From the IMG/VR virus record IMGVR_UViG_3300008267_012518: 64,000 nucleotides of DNA. One strand, written 5' to 3'. This document shows, piece after piece, positions 46,117 to 56,662 of this stretch. This DNA is from a virus. Position numbers and translations under genes: made by a program. Numbering within the stretch: the first letter of the stretch is position 1; each line of letters starts with the position of its first letter. The notes under the pieces are model-generated. The model ran no database searches and had not been told where the DNA came from. It saw only the letters and a program-made list of their open reading frames with translations.

Positions 46117-46896
46117 TTAGCTTGTCTTATATCTCTTCATGATCTCAATCAAAAATGGATCCCTAACAATTTCATCTTCGGTGAATTCTATAAATCCTAT
46201 ACCAGGTACACCTTCTAGTCTATTGATTGCATCTTCCAATCCACACTTTTCACCTTTATTGAGTTTTAGATCTATCTGATCAATATCGCCCAATATCACC
46301 AATTTAGAATTTTCCCCCATCCTCGATATGAATGTTTTCATTTCAGTGATGGTACAATTTTGACTTTCGTCAAATATACAAAATGAACCAACAGATTGTC
46401 CATCGGACGTATATTGTCCGAAAGTGGAACCACGTAAAAAATTCAAAATAGTTTCTTTTATAAAACCATTATCTTTTAAATATTTGGTTTGATAACTCCC
46501 TATCAATTTTATTAAATTATCGTAGAAGTGTGTATAGTAAGCAAGAGTTTTTTCATTTATATCACCAGGTAATGCACCCAATCCTCTTTGTGATGTAATT
46601 TCTACTATTGGTTTAGTTAAAATAATCTGACCAATATTCATATCCTTGTCTTTAAGACATTCAAGACCAGCCATCAAAGAAATTAAAGTTTTTCCTGTAC
46701 CAGCCGAACCTCTGACAAAAGTAATTCGGTTTGATAGAATCGTATCGAATAATTGTTTTTGTTTTTTGTTCTTGAATTTGCAGTTGATTTTATACTGAAA
46801 TGTGCGTAATTGATCTTTGAGATAGTTATCCATCTCTTGCATTTCCTGCAATTCTTGCTCGATAGTTTTTTTGGATTTCAATCTAGGTTTTGACAT
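46117..46896 (-). CDS. phoH: PhoH family ATPase
   Basis: GSAGTGKT, KPIVE, LGALPG, FLRGSTF, DESQN, SRMGENSKLVILGDIDQID. Confidence 0.93.
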   Translation of the reverse strand: MSKPRLKSKKTIEQELQEMQEMDNYLKDQLRTFQYKINCKFKNKKQKQLFDTILSNRITFVRGSAGTGKTLISLMAGLECLKDKDMNIGQIILTKPIVEITSQRGLGALPGDINEKTLAYYTHFYDNLIKLIGSYQTKYLKDNGFIKETILNFLRGSTFGQYTSDGQSVGSFCIFDESQNCTITEMKTFISRMGENSKLVILGDIDQIDLKLNKGEKCGLEDAINRLEGVPGIGFIEFTEDEIVRDPFLIEIMKRYKTS

Positions 46897-46970
46897 ATTC
46901 GATAGATGAGTTATATATATGGTCGTAGGTCGCCCCTCATTTATTAATATATAATCAAAATGTTTTCAAG

Positions 46971-47186
46971 ATGAAAGATAGGGACGATTTAATTTATGAT
47001 CTTATATTTTCTGAAAAGAGTGAATTTGATATAAATGTTTCAGATTATATTGAGAACATTTACAAATATGAGACGTTCATCAAAGACATCAAGGAGATTT
47101 TGAAAAAGTCTAAAGTCTCTATAGTCAAAGAGGGAATTGAGCTTAGTCCTAGCTCGGCTTTATGGATTTTAAAAGTTAAAAAATAA
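46971..47186 (+). CDS. Small hypothetical protein
   Basis: 71 aa, AATATATA upstream, 2 nt before the giant virion gene. Confidence 0.6.
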   Translation: MKDRDDLIYDLIFSEKSEFDINVSDYIENIYKYETFIKDIKEILKKSKVSIVKEGIELSPSSALWILKVKK

Positions 47187-47188
47187 AT

Positions 47189-50100
47189 ATGTGGATCAGA
47201 AATTTAGACACTGGTAAATGGGGATTACAGGTGGATCAACTACCCAAGGATTATTATGATGGTTTAAAACAAGATATTGAAGCTGTAAAACTCTATTCCA
47301 AGTGTTTGAGTGGTGCTGTTTATATAAGTATAGATAATTTTGACAATATCTATAACACACTTCAAATTGATAAGTTAGGGTACTATATAGATGATAATTA
47401 TGCCAACATCAATTTACCAACAATTGATCCGAAATTGAGTTTAAATTCGAGTAATTATGAGGAATTCTATCAAAAATATTTGAAAGAAAACGCATTTACA
47501 ATTAAAAATCTTTTTACCCCCACAAAGTTAATTAACACTGAAATTTCTAATTTTTCTATTGTTGATGTGTGTACCACCGAATATATCAAAGGACTTACTC
47601 TTTCAAAACCTGTTTTATCTATCGATGGGGTTCGATTGATAGATGGTCATCGTGTATTGGTGAAAGACCAGATGACAGAAGTGACTATTCCCATAACACA
47701 AAATGCAAATACCTACTTTACACAAGTGGAATTAGTAAGTGAATATTTTTTTGTAGAGACAAATGTCACTGATGTGACATATAAATTCTACAATGAGGAA
47801 AATGGTGTTTACCTATACACCAACGGTAGGTTGATAAAACAAGATGATTTAAGTACTTATGAAAAATCCTATAAGCTCAAAGTCAATGTAAAATACGGAA
47901 ATACAAATAACGATAAAGAGTTTCACCTAAAAAGATTGAATAATAATTATTATCCTGTCAATGGACAGAATGTATCATTTGTAGAAAATCAAAATTGGAT
48001 TTTAAGACACAGATTAGATTACAACAATGTTCTAGATTTGAATCATTATGATTTAATCAAAAGTAATCCAACTTCAGTGTATTCTAAAATTGAAGATTTT
48101 ACTTATTCAATACCCGAGAGACTTATAGCTGTTGGTGAATTTGGGGTTATCATAAACAATCAAGATAAATTGGATGTAAACGCGACGTATAGTAACTCAA
48201 CAATTATAGACACCAAATACAAACTTAATCTCAGAAGTGTTTCCGAAACTAACGACTATTATTGGATTTGTGGTGATGAAGGAACACTCCTAAAAGTTTA
48301 CAAACCAGATTTTTCAATTGAGAGAATTGAATTAAATATTTTTTCTCAATTAACATCAGTTTCATTTTTTGACAATTTGAATGGATTTGTTGTTGGGAAA
48401 TTTAATCAAATATTCCACACAACCGACGGTGGTATTAAGTGGAATCGGTTGAATTATCCTGAATATGAATCGTTTTCATATACTAAAGTCGTTTATAGAG
48501 ATTTTAATAAAGTTTATATTTCTGGATCCACGGGATTATTTTTGGAACTCACAAGAGATGTTGAAACTTGGATCTCATATAAAAGACAAATTTTTAAATT
48601 ATCTCAAGGAGATAATTATGTTCTTGTAGATGATATCTATGATTTATTACCATTAAAATGGACAACTGTCAAAGATTTTACTTATGTGAATGATCAAGAA
48701 AGTAGTGATTTTGCTAAATCATTAAATTTTAATTTCGCTATAGACCCCTTAAGGTATGATACCCTTATAATTGATGTTGAGACCAAATACACAGGAAACC
48801 CTATTTTTGATTATAGTGAGTTTTATGTAGATGTGAGTTTATCGGGTAAATTCAGTGGTGTTGTTTATGAAGATAATATAAATACACCGGGTGTTTTTAT
48901 TCCAAATGAATATACATTCTACAGGGGTATAACTCCGTCTAATATAAAATTTTCACAGGCCGTCAAACTTCCATTGGATACGAATGGAAATCTACTGGCA
49001 GATTCTTTTAGTTTATCAGCAAGTGTTTTTTATAATTATGATGGGGATAGTGACACAAAAGTTCAAAACTTTTTTTACCGAGATTTAAAAATTGACTTTC
49101 AAATTCAAGAATCGGAGATAGTATTGATAAGTACCGATGACACAATAATTGTATATGATGTTGAAAATAAATTGTATGAATATAATAATGATTTTATTTA
49201 TATAGAATTCAATAAAAAAATTGGTGACATACGGACAATAACTAAACCAAAAATATCCTCTGATGATAGAGTTTATATAGGAGCGGACAAAGTTTATTAT
49301 TTCAAACTAGGGGATTTAAAAAATTACAAGACTATCGGAGAAAATCTTTCAACATCTAAATTAATCAATGGTCCAGATCTATATGTGAATAAATTGATAT
49401 CTGATGATAAACTATATCTCGCTGGTAACGAAGCTCTGTTAAGACAAATCGATATACCCAATATTGGAATTAATAATCAAACCCAACTTTGGGATCCAAC
49501 TTTTATTAACAAATATAAATCCAAATTTTTATTTTTGGATTATGATATTGCCTCGAAGGTAAATTTCTTTACAGATCTTGGTCAATATAGAATGCCAGAA
49601 ACTGTATCAATCCCACATTTTGATTTGACTGGATCGAATGCTTTTTTTGAAATGATCAGCATTACTGATCAAACAAGTTGGATTGACTATTATAAAGATG
49701 GTGAGAAAACCTTTGAATACTACACTTTTATTGGGGATGATAAAAAAGTAGAATTTTCCACTAAATTTAATTTTGCATTTAACACTTCTGACTTCAATCT
49801 GATAAATAATCAGTTCTCAAGTAATCTTGTTGATATTTCTAAATTTGCACCATCTCTACTCAGCGCAACAACTTCTGAATTTTTGGAAGGGCCTGTGTCA
49901 ATAATTCAAGATATTACTGGATTGACAATTCCTGATGTGATGGTATACAAAAATATAATAATTTTTAAAAGACCATTTGGAGATGAGACCGAAGTTGGTG
50001 ATACTTTGAGAATTGAAAGTGATATTTTGGATTGTAACTTATTGGTAAATAAAATTGTTTATTATTATCAAATATCTGGTGGTACATTTGGTTTGACCAA

Positions 50101-52747
50101 TTCCCCACCTCAATCACTAGCTCAGGGATCACGATTTGAAAAATATGTTTATTGTTACAATAGTTTTAATCAGAATATAGTAAATAACCTATTAACAACA
50201 GTGTCATCAATAGCGGTTAAAAATCTTAACAGATACACAGATGTATCGGACTTGGTCAATAAATTGGACGTTCATTCTGTTGGGATGGGTTACAAATTTA
50301 CAGATGATGGTCAAAGTCTTATAGTATCTCCTAGATTCAATAATAAAACGGCATATTATAATCTCGCAATCGAAGTCAAGACTATAACAGGTGATTCAAA
50401 AATGGATTATGCTAAATCCTTTTTAACATTTGGTTTTAGTCCTAATTACAATGTACTTGATGTCTTGAATAGAATTGACAATGTTATTTTCGATGGGACA
50501 AAAAAATTCTCAATACTGCCGGAATACTTCAATCTACCAGCCGCCACATTTTCAACAAGCACTACCGTACAAGTTGTAGAAGATAACTTTAGTAATAAAT
50601 TAGTATTTGGGGAACAATTCAAGTTTCAGTGGGAAAGTTTATTGGTCTGGACTTTTGTCGATTTTAATTGTTTTAATATAAACGGAGATTCCTTTTATAA
50701 TAACAGATTATTGATAATAGACAAATATTATGAAGCGACATCAAATGGATATGTTATAGAGTTTCACAAAAGTATTAAATACCCTGATATTAGTATCGGT
50801 GTTCAAACCATAGATATAATTTCCAGGAATACCCTATCTCAAATAAGTAGTGATTTGCAGATGTTGAATAATATCCAAAGATCATCATCTGAAAAAACAA
50901 TTAACTCAACTTATAGCTTTACACAATATGAGAATGAAGTTAAATTCAAATTTCCAACAGATTCTTATTTGAAAGTTTTGGTATCAGATTTTGATATTCA
51001 ACAAAAGGTCACATCAATTGTGTATACCGATTATGATTATCAACTCGCAATGAACATACTAAACGTGGAAAAAGAATTGACCTATGAGTTTGATTCAATC
51101 ACACAAGTTACAGGGCTGACCTTTAGTAATAAAGTCAGATACTCCCTTACGACCATACCACAAGGAGAGTTTCAGGTTGGTGATTTGATCAATATTGAGT
51201 TGACTGGAAATACACAAAGTTCAAGAGTAATCAACCCACAATATCAAGGATTACAAACTATATTGGATATACAGAAACAATTTATCATAACATCGATGGA
51301 TTTTGGTACTGTTTCCAATTCGTTGGATACGGGTAAATTTACATTTATTAAAAGAGATAAATTTTTAAATTATCTACCAATTGATTTATATAGTGTGGGT
51401 GGTGATCGAAAACCAAAAAGAGGAGTTGAGATTTTACCAGAGATGGTTAATTTAAATAAAACCATTTTTAGTCTCAATAATGTAAATGTAAATAAATACA
51501 AAATCCAATTTGTTGACGGACTATTTCTTCAAGATATCGAACAAAATTTTTCTTGGTTCTTACAAGCGGAAACTTCTAATGCAATTGTTGGAAAAAACGA
51601 CAACGGTATTGTCTGGTACTCGGGTGTTTGGAAGTGTGGTAGATGGTTTGGTGGGACTTGGATATCCGGTGAGTGGTTAAGTGGGGATTGGTATGGTGGA
51701 GATTGGTATTCATCACCAGTCAAGAGTAATATTTTATCCGTACAAGTGAGTGCAAATAACACCGATAACAGTTTGTCAAAATGGCAAGATGGTAGATGGT
51801 TTGGGGGGAATTGGTATGGGGGTACTTGGTACAATGGTAGGAGATATGGGGGGAATTGGTTTGGTGGTATTTGGTTCAATGGAGTTTGGAATGATGGTGA
51901 TTGGTACGGTGGAAATTTCCAAGGTGGTATTTGGGTTCTTGGTAAATGGTATGGTGGTGTATTCAACTGTGACTCTAGACTATCTTATTGGTTAGATGGT
52001 GTTTTTGAATCAGGAGATTTTGAAAATGGTATCTGGTATAATGGACAATTTGGAAACGATCGTAATCTTTTAGTGAGATTTGGTACAAGATCAATTAATA
52101 CTAGAATTTCAATTTGGCATGGTGGTAAATGGTTAGGTGGTGAGTTTCATTCCAATCTTAATATTGATCCTAACACTCAATTACCAATAGTTTCGGATAT
52201 ACATAGTTTGAGTGTTTGGAAAACTGGTATTTGGCTTAATGGTGGTTTTTATGGAGGTGTAGCTTATAATATCGATTTTAGAGGGGGTATCTGGTATGGG
52301 GGTATATTAGAGGAGATTCAGGTTGTTGGTGTTGATGCTATCTATCCCGGTACTACCTCAAATAATAAAATTTATGTAAATGGTGTGTTCAAATTCAATC
52401 CTGGTGATGTAATCTATATTATAGATGACTCCAAGGGTGGTTCATTTTCAGCAATTGGTTCTAATGACCTCATACGAAATTATAGAATTAATAAAATTGA
52501 TGAAGATGAAATAAATGAAAGAACTTCTCTTTATCTTAATTATAACCTTTCAGGACTTCAACCACCAGTTGGTACACAAAGTGGTAGTATTGATTGGTAT
52601 GATTTAGAAACAAATTTGAGAGTTGTAAGTCATTTTTCAGAATCGATTTGGAAATCTGGTCATTGGACTAACGGATATTTTGAAAATGGTAATTTTGAAT
52701 CTGGCGTTTGGTATAATGGTGTTTTTGAAGGAAATTGGGGTTCATAA
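47189..52747 (+). CDS. Giant virion protein: Asp-box/YCF48-like propeller plus G-x-W-x-x repeats
   Basis: 1852 aa; IDGVRLIDGHRVLVKDQ...EENGVY; Asp-box TTDGGIKW; C-terminal GGTWISGEWLSGDWYGGDW arrays. Confidence 0.7.
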   Translation: MWIRNLDTGKWGLQVDQLPKDYYDGLKQDIEAVKLYSKCLSGAVYISIDNFDNIYNTLQIDKLGYYIDDNYANINLPTIDPKLSLNSSNYEEFYQKYLKENAFTIKNLFTPTKLINTEISNFSIVDVCTTEYIKGLTLSKPVLSIDGVRLIDGHRVLVKDQMTEVTIPITQNANTYFTQVELVSEYFFVETNVTDVTYKFYNEENGVYLYTNGRLIKQDDLSTYEKSYKLKVNVKYGNTNNDKEFHLKRLNNNYYPVNGQNVSFVENQNWILRHRLDYNNVLDLNHYDLIKSNPTSVYSKIEDFTYSIPERLIAVGEFGVIINNQDKLDVNATYSNSTIIDTKYKLNLRSVSETNDYYWICGDEGTLLKVYKPDFSIERIELNIFSQLTSVSFFDNLNGFVVGKFNQIFHTTDGGIKWNRLNYPEYESFSYTKVVYRDFNKVYISGSTGLFLELTRDVETWISYKRQIFKLSQGDNYVLVDDIYDLLPLKWTTVKDFTYVNDQESSDFAKSLNFNFAIDPLRYDTLIIDVETKYTGNPIFDYSEFYVDVSLSGKFSGVVYEDNINTPGVFIPNEYTFYRGITPSNIKFSQAVKLPLDTNGNLLADSFSLSASVFYNYDGDSDTKVQNFFYRDLKIDFQIQESEIVLISTDDTIIVYDVENKLYEYNNDFIYIEFNKKIGDIRTITKPKISSDDRVYIGADKVYYFKLGDLKNYKTIGENLSTSKLINGPDLYVNKLISDDKLYLAGNEALLRQIDIPNIGINNQTQLWDPTFINKYKSKFLFLDYDIASKVNFFTDLGQYRMPETVSIPHFDLTGSNAFFEMISITDQTSWIDYYKDGEKTFEYYTFIGDDKKVEFSTKFNFAFNTSDFNLINNQFSSNLVDISKFAPSLLSATTSEFLEGPVSIIQDITGLTIPDVMVYKNIIIFKRPFGDETEVGDTLRIESDILDCNLLVNKIVYYYQISGGTFGLTNSPPQSLAQGSRFEKYVYCYNSFNQNIVNNLLTTVSSIAVKNLNRYTDVSDLVNKLDVHSVGMGYKFTDDGQSLIVSPRFNNKTAYYNLAIEVKTITGDSKMDYAKSFLTFGFSPNYNVLDVLNRIDNVIFDGTKKFSILPEYFNLPAATFSTSTTVQVVEDNFSNKLVFGEQFKFQWESLLVWTFVDFNCFNINGDSFYNNRLLIIDKYYEATSNGYVIEFHKSIKYPDISIGVQTIDIISRNTLSQISSDLQMLNNIQRSSSEKTINSTYSFTQYENEVKFKFPTDSYLKVLVSDFDIQQKVTSIVYTDYDYQLAMNILNVEKELTYEFDSITQVTGLTFSNKVRYSLTTIPQGEFQVGDLINIELTGNTQSSRVINPQYQGLQTILDIQKQFIITSMDFGTVSNSLDTGKFTFIKRDKFLNYLPIDLYSVGGDRKPKRGVEILPEMVNLNKTIFSLNNVNVNKYKIQFVDGLFLQDIEQNFSWFLQAETSNAIVGKNDNGIVWYSGVWKCGRWFGGTWISGEWLSGDWYGGDWYSSPVKSNILSVQVSANNTDNSLSKWQDGRWFGGNWYGGTWYNGRRYGGNWFGGIWFNGVWNDGDWYGGNFQGGIWVLGKWYGGVFNCDSRLSYWLDGVFESGDFENGIWYNGQFGNDRNLLVRFGTRSINTRISIWHGGKWLGGEFHSNLNIDPNTQLPIVSDIHSLSVWKTGIWLNGGFYGGVAYNIDFRGGIWYGGILEEIQVVGVDAIYPGTTSNNKIYVNGVFKFNPGDVIYIIDDSKGGSFSAIGSNDLIRNYRINKIDEDEINERTSLYLNYNLSGLQPPVGTQSGSIDWYDLETNLRVVSHFSESIWKSGHWTNGYFENGNFESGVWYNGVFEGNWGS

Positions 52748-52762
52748 GTTAATATATAACTT

Positions 52763-52963
52763 ATGAAACATCTGTCTAGTTTTCTTGAAAAAAATACAGA
52801 AAAAGTCGATAATTTAAAAGATTGTCCATCGTTTGGTGATTTTGATATCAAAATCCAAGAGTTAAAATCTATCGTAAAAAAAATAAAATCAGAGATGAAA
52901 GGGGGCACTTACGATGAGATTGATGATTATATTGAATACAAAATTTTCGGCAGAGATATATAA
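52763..52963 (+). CDS. Small putative internal head protein
   Basis: MKHLSSFLE leader; AATATATA 4 nt upstream. Confidence 0.55.
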   Translation: MKHLSSFLEKNTEKVDNLKDCPSFGDFDIKIQELKSIVKKIKSEMKGGTYDEIDDYIEYKIFGRDI

Positions 52964-52972
52964 TTTTATAAT

Positions 52973-53416
52973 ATGAAAAAAATATTTAGATATAAAGACT
53001 ATTCAAGGGGTATAAATGAGGATTTAATATCTGATCTTACATCAAAAATTTCCGAAACAAATAAAGATATCAAGGAAGACTTGATAAAAATGATTCAAAA
53101 AACAATAAACTCTGATGATGAGGATACATTTATAGAAACTTTAAGTTCAGTTGTGAGAAATCCTAAAGAAATGTCTATAGTTGGATTGATGCAAGATGCC
53201 GATCTTTATGAGTTTTATCTTAAATATAGAAATGAGATTGATGAGAAATTGAACGAAGATGGTTTCTTTGAAAAATTACAAGATTTTCAAAAAGAAAATA
53301 ATTCAATAAGTCTTTATGATTTCATAGTTAAAGGTACTCTGGTAAGTGTTGTGAGTATTCTTAAAGAAATGGATGAAGAACTGTCATCACAAAAGACTCA
53401 ACAACAACCTGAATAG
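52973..53416 (+). CDS. Acidic helical protein, putative internal head protein
   Basis: MKKIFRYKDYSRGINE leader; 9 nt after the previous gene. Confidence 0.55.
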   Translation: MKKIFRYKDYSRGINEDLISDLTSKISETNKDIKEDLIKMIQKTINSDDEDTFIETLSSVVRNPKEMSIVGLMQDADLYEFYLKYRNEIDEKLNEDGFFEKLQDFQKENNSISLYDFIVKGTLVSVVSILKEMDEELSSQKTQQQPE

Positions 53417-53827
53417 ATCTAGGTGTAAATGAAAATGATTTATTGCTAGTATAAAAATTAAAATTGTAATAGTCACAATTTTAAGTAGGAAAATTAATTT
53501 GGATAAATTTTTGAATTGTCCAATCATGTAGATTAGAAAGTCTAACAGGTAAGAAAAAAGAAGAATAATCATAAAAATTTTCCAACTAGCTGATAACAAT
53601 CCGAAAAATAACCAAAGTAAATTAAGGTTTACCACCCCACCTAATTTTTTATATTTTTGTAAATCACCCTTTCTAAAATCCTTATCAGATGGGTTTCTAT
53701 TGGTGATTTTTTGATAAGAAATTAACCACTCCCTTATTCTAAGAAAATTGAAGATTTCATATATGAAGTTTATGTTTGTTAAAAATATCAACAAACCTAT
53801 GAAGTAATAAAAATGGCCAATAATCAT
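53387..53827 (-). CDS. Membrane protein (about 4 TM segments)
   Basis: Four long hydrophobic stretches in 146 aa. Confidence 0.65.
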   Translation of the reverse strand: MIIGHFYYFIGLLIFLTNINFIYEIFNFLRIREWLISYQKITNRNPSDKDFRKGDLQKYKKLGGVVNLNLLWLFFGLLSASWKIFMIILLFSYLLDFLIYMIGQFKNLSKLIFLLKIVTITILIFILAINHFHLHLDLFRLLLSLL

Positions 53828-53926
53828 GTTGAACTTATAAAGTATAAGTCAGTATTTGTTTAAGTTGTATCAATTGAGATTGGATTTTGTAATATATACA
53901 AAAAACTATGAATTCGATTTCATCTC

Positions 53927-56608
53927 ATGACACCGTTATATAAATTTCTCAAACCCAACGGAACTTCTTTTTATGCATTTCCAGGAGCAGCTGAAGATAT
54001 CTCAGCTGCTTATCAAAATCAAAACTATAAGATGTATTTTTCCAAGTACATTTTATTGAACTTTCCAAAACAAAACTTTGAACCAGGTATTGGAATCAAT
54101 TCAAAACAAGTTTATTGGGATTTTGAAGCTGCTTTTGAAAGATCAAATCAGTCCACTCCAGCAACATCATATAAGGATCAGATGGTTGAATCTCTGCGAA
54201 ATTATGTAGCAAACTTCGAAGTCACTTTAAAGGAATCGAGAATGAATATGACCGAATATTATTATGATAATAATGTGTTGGACACACCCACTGAAAAAAT
54301 ATTTTGGAAATGGTGCAAATCTTTGAATTTGATAGATTTTGAAACCGCTTTGGATGGTGACCAATATTTTGGTAATTTGACTGAATTTGAAAGTAATAAT
54401 GTTAATGATCCAACTTACTTTCCTGAAATTTTATGGAGAGAAAGAACATCTGAAGTTTATGATATTTTGAGATTTTACCAAACTGGATTTTCATCATTGT
54501 TGGTGATGGAGATTGAATTTGTTGGAACAACCAATTTCAAAGTTGGTGATGTGATCAAAATTAGTGATTTCACAAAAGATGATGCTTCTTTTTTATTTGG
54601 TACTCAATCAACTGTTAGAATATTAGAAATGATTGAGGCTGATAGTAATAACGGACAAAGAGCTGTAACGGATTACGATTACACTGCTGGTCAGATAGAT
54701 GATTCTGGTGTTCCTATTGGTAAGGCTCAATTAATTTATCACAGATTAGTACAATACGTTGGAGAGGTAAATGGTATAAATAATGTTCAAGATAAGACAA
54801 GGTCTTACACAGAAGTGTATGCTCATATACCTGATCACACGGGACAAACACCAGATGTTCTATTCAGAACAAAATCAGATAAGAACTATAAACCAAATTT
54901 AGTTTTTCCTATACTAGCTGCTCAATATCAACCCGAAATAGTTGGTGCGGAACTATTTAATAGTCCGATAGTAAGTTCTCCTCAAAATTATCCAGGTAGT
55001 CATTATGGTCAGTTTGATACTGAAGATTTTACATATGAATTATCAAGTGGTGATAGTATAAGACGTAGTGGAGATTATTATGGTGTTACTGGAGATATTA
55101 ATAGCCGCATAATAAATTCTGCGTTGATTGATGGTATATCCGTGGATTTTGATACAGCTCACTATGCTAAGATGAATATTAGAAATAGAGTATTGACAAA
55201 CTTCGAACAGTTTAATGCCTTGATAATAAATAATCAACCACCAAAAGATTTTGAATTCAATGCTATACTTTGGTATTACACAGTTGAGGATTTGAATGGT
55301 AACCAAACTAATAATCTATATGGGATTTCAATTTTGGATAATCCAGACAACAATACAAATAGTGATGAAATTTTTGATGGGAATGGATTGAGAATACCAC
55401 TTTATAAGAAATTGGCAGCAAATGATGACCAAGATGGTACATCTTACGCATTTTCTTTAAATTTGAATTTTGCTATAATCAATGAAAATCCACAAGATAC
55501 TTTTAATCCTGAAGCCATAAATTCCTTATTTAGTTTCAATTTGTTTAATCAGGCGATGACAAATCTTGCTAGAGTAAACGAATCTTTCAATACAATTCTA
55601 TCTAATCAAAGTAAAGTTGAGGAAGATGTTATGAATTTAAAAAAATTATTTTATTCACAAACAGATTTACAATTAATCAATAATAAAATAGCGAATCTAG
55701 AATCTTTGCTCAAATTATACTCTACAAATCAACTATACAATTCTGAAAGTATCACCGTGACTACAGATGTTACCAAAAGTCCCCCACAAATTACACTTAA
55801 CACTAGGGATACGGACTATGATACAATATATCCGGTTCTTACTAGAAATTTATACAGTCCAACAGGTAATGTGCCTTATACTATCAACGTACCAGAAAAC
55901 AAAAATTTCTTGGTCCACATTATAAATAATGATTTGACAAATTTGACATTACCAAATAATCAAAAACTGGAGATAATTTTCAATTCCGATTTAAATTATA
56001 AACAAAGTGTTGATATTATTATTGATGCAAATGACACCGCAACACAGAATAAACAATTAGATATCTACATAAATTATAAATTCGGTGAATCTACACCTAT
56101 AGAGACAAAATTACTTGAGACTATAGATTTACCAATTTATTATAATACTGTAACACAGTTATCGAATAGTGCGAGAAATTGGAAAGATATGGGTTTCGAT
56201 ATAGATCTCAACAGACCTATAAGATTGAACACTGGTTCTATTCTTGAGATTCCAATCTCTTCATCAAATGATTTAGTTTTCAATTCATTCAAAAGAGGAG
56301 ATACTTACTTGATTAATGACTTTCTAATAGGCACCGTGAGTAGGGTTGACTTTTCTGGACAGTATCCTGTGAGTTTTGTCGGAAATGATGGTTATATTTA
56401 TTTCAACGTTTCTAATAATACCACACTAATAACATATGGTGCATCTCAAAGTTTACCTCTTCAATTTAATGCCACCCAATCATATTTGTTATCGAATGTT
56501 CCAAAATTAAGATTGAACAAGGGAATCAAATTCAAAATTACAAGAATTTCTAATTCTGCTACTTCAGAGTTGAAAGAGAGATATTTTATACAAAGGCAGA
56601 TGTATTAA
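53927..56608 (+). CDS. Large virion structural protein
   Basis: 893 aa, AATATATA upstream, short coiled coil (NQSKVEEDVMNLKK...). Confidence 0.55.
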   Translation: MTPLYKFLKPNGTSFYAFPGAAEDISAAYQNQNYKMYFSKYILLNFPKQNFEPGIGINSKQVYWDFEAAFERSNQSTPATSYKDQMVESLRNYVANFEVTLKESRMNMTEYYYDNNVLDTPTEKIFWKWCKSLNLIDFETALDGDQYFGNLTEFESNNVNDPTYFPEILWRERTSEVYDILRFYQTGFSSLLVMEIEFVGTTNFKVGDVIKISDFTKDDASFLFGTQSTVRILEMIEADSNNGQRAVTDYDYTAGQIDDSGVPIGKAQLIYHRLVQYVGEVNGINNVQDKTRSYTEVYAHIPDHTGQTPDVLFRTKSDKNYKPNLVFPILAAQYQPEIVGAELFNSPIVSSPQNYPGSHYGQFDTEDFTYELSSGDSIRRSGDYYGVTGDINSRIINSALIDGISVDFDTAHYAKMNIRNRVLTNFEQFNALIINNQPPKDFEFNAILWYYTVEDLNGNQTNNLYGISILDNPDNNTNSDEIFDGNGLRIPLYKKLAANDDQDGTSYAFSLNLNFAIINENPQDTFNPEAINSLFSFNLFNQAMTNLARVNESFNTILSNQSKVEEDVMNLKKLFYSQTDLQLINNKIANLESLLKLYSTNQLYNSESITVTTDVTKSPPQITLNTRDTDYDTIYPVLTRNLYSPTGNVPYTINVPENKNFLVHIINNDLTNLTLPNNQKLEIIFNSDLNYKQSVDIIIDANDTATQNKQLDIYINYKFGESTPIETKLLETIDLPIYYNTVTQLSNSARNWKDMGFDIDLNRPIRLNTGSILEIPISSSNDLVFNSFKRGDTYLINDFLIGTVSRVDFSGQYPVSFVGNDGYIYFNVSNNTTLITYGASQSLPLQFNATQSYLLSNVPKLRLNKGIKFKITRISNSATSELKERYFIQRQMY

Positions 56609-56662
56609 GTTACTATTTAAGTTTTATATTTTAATATATAAATTTAAAATAAACTTAAATAG

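Noticed and set aside
51529-51966. Minus-strand PPYQ/PPNQ-repeat ORF
   Set aside because: Antisense shadow of the G-x-W repeats (TGG/GGT codons) in the 1852-aa gene.
46960-53943. Tiny upstream ORFs after AATATATA (ATG 46960, 4 codons; ATG 53908, 11 codons) as regulatory uORFs
   Set aside because: Only two cases, and chance ATGs are common in AT-rich leaders; there is no peptide feature to support function.
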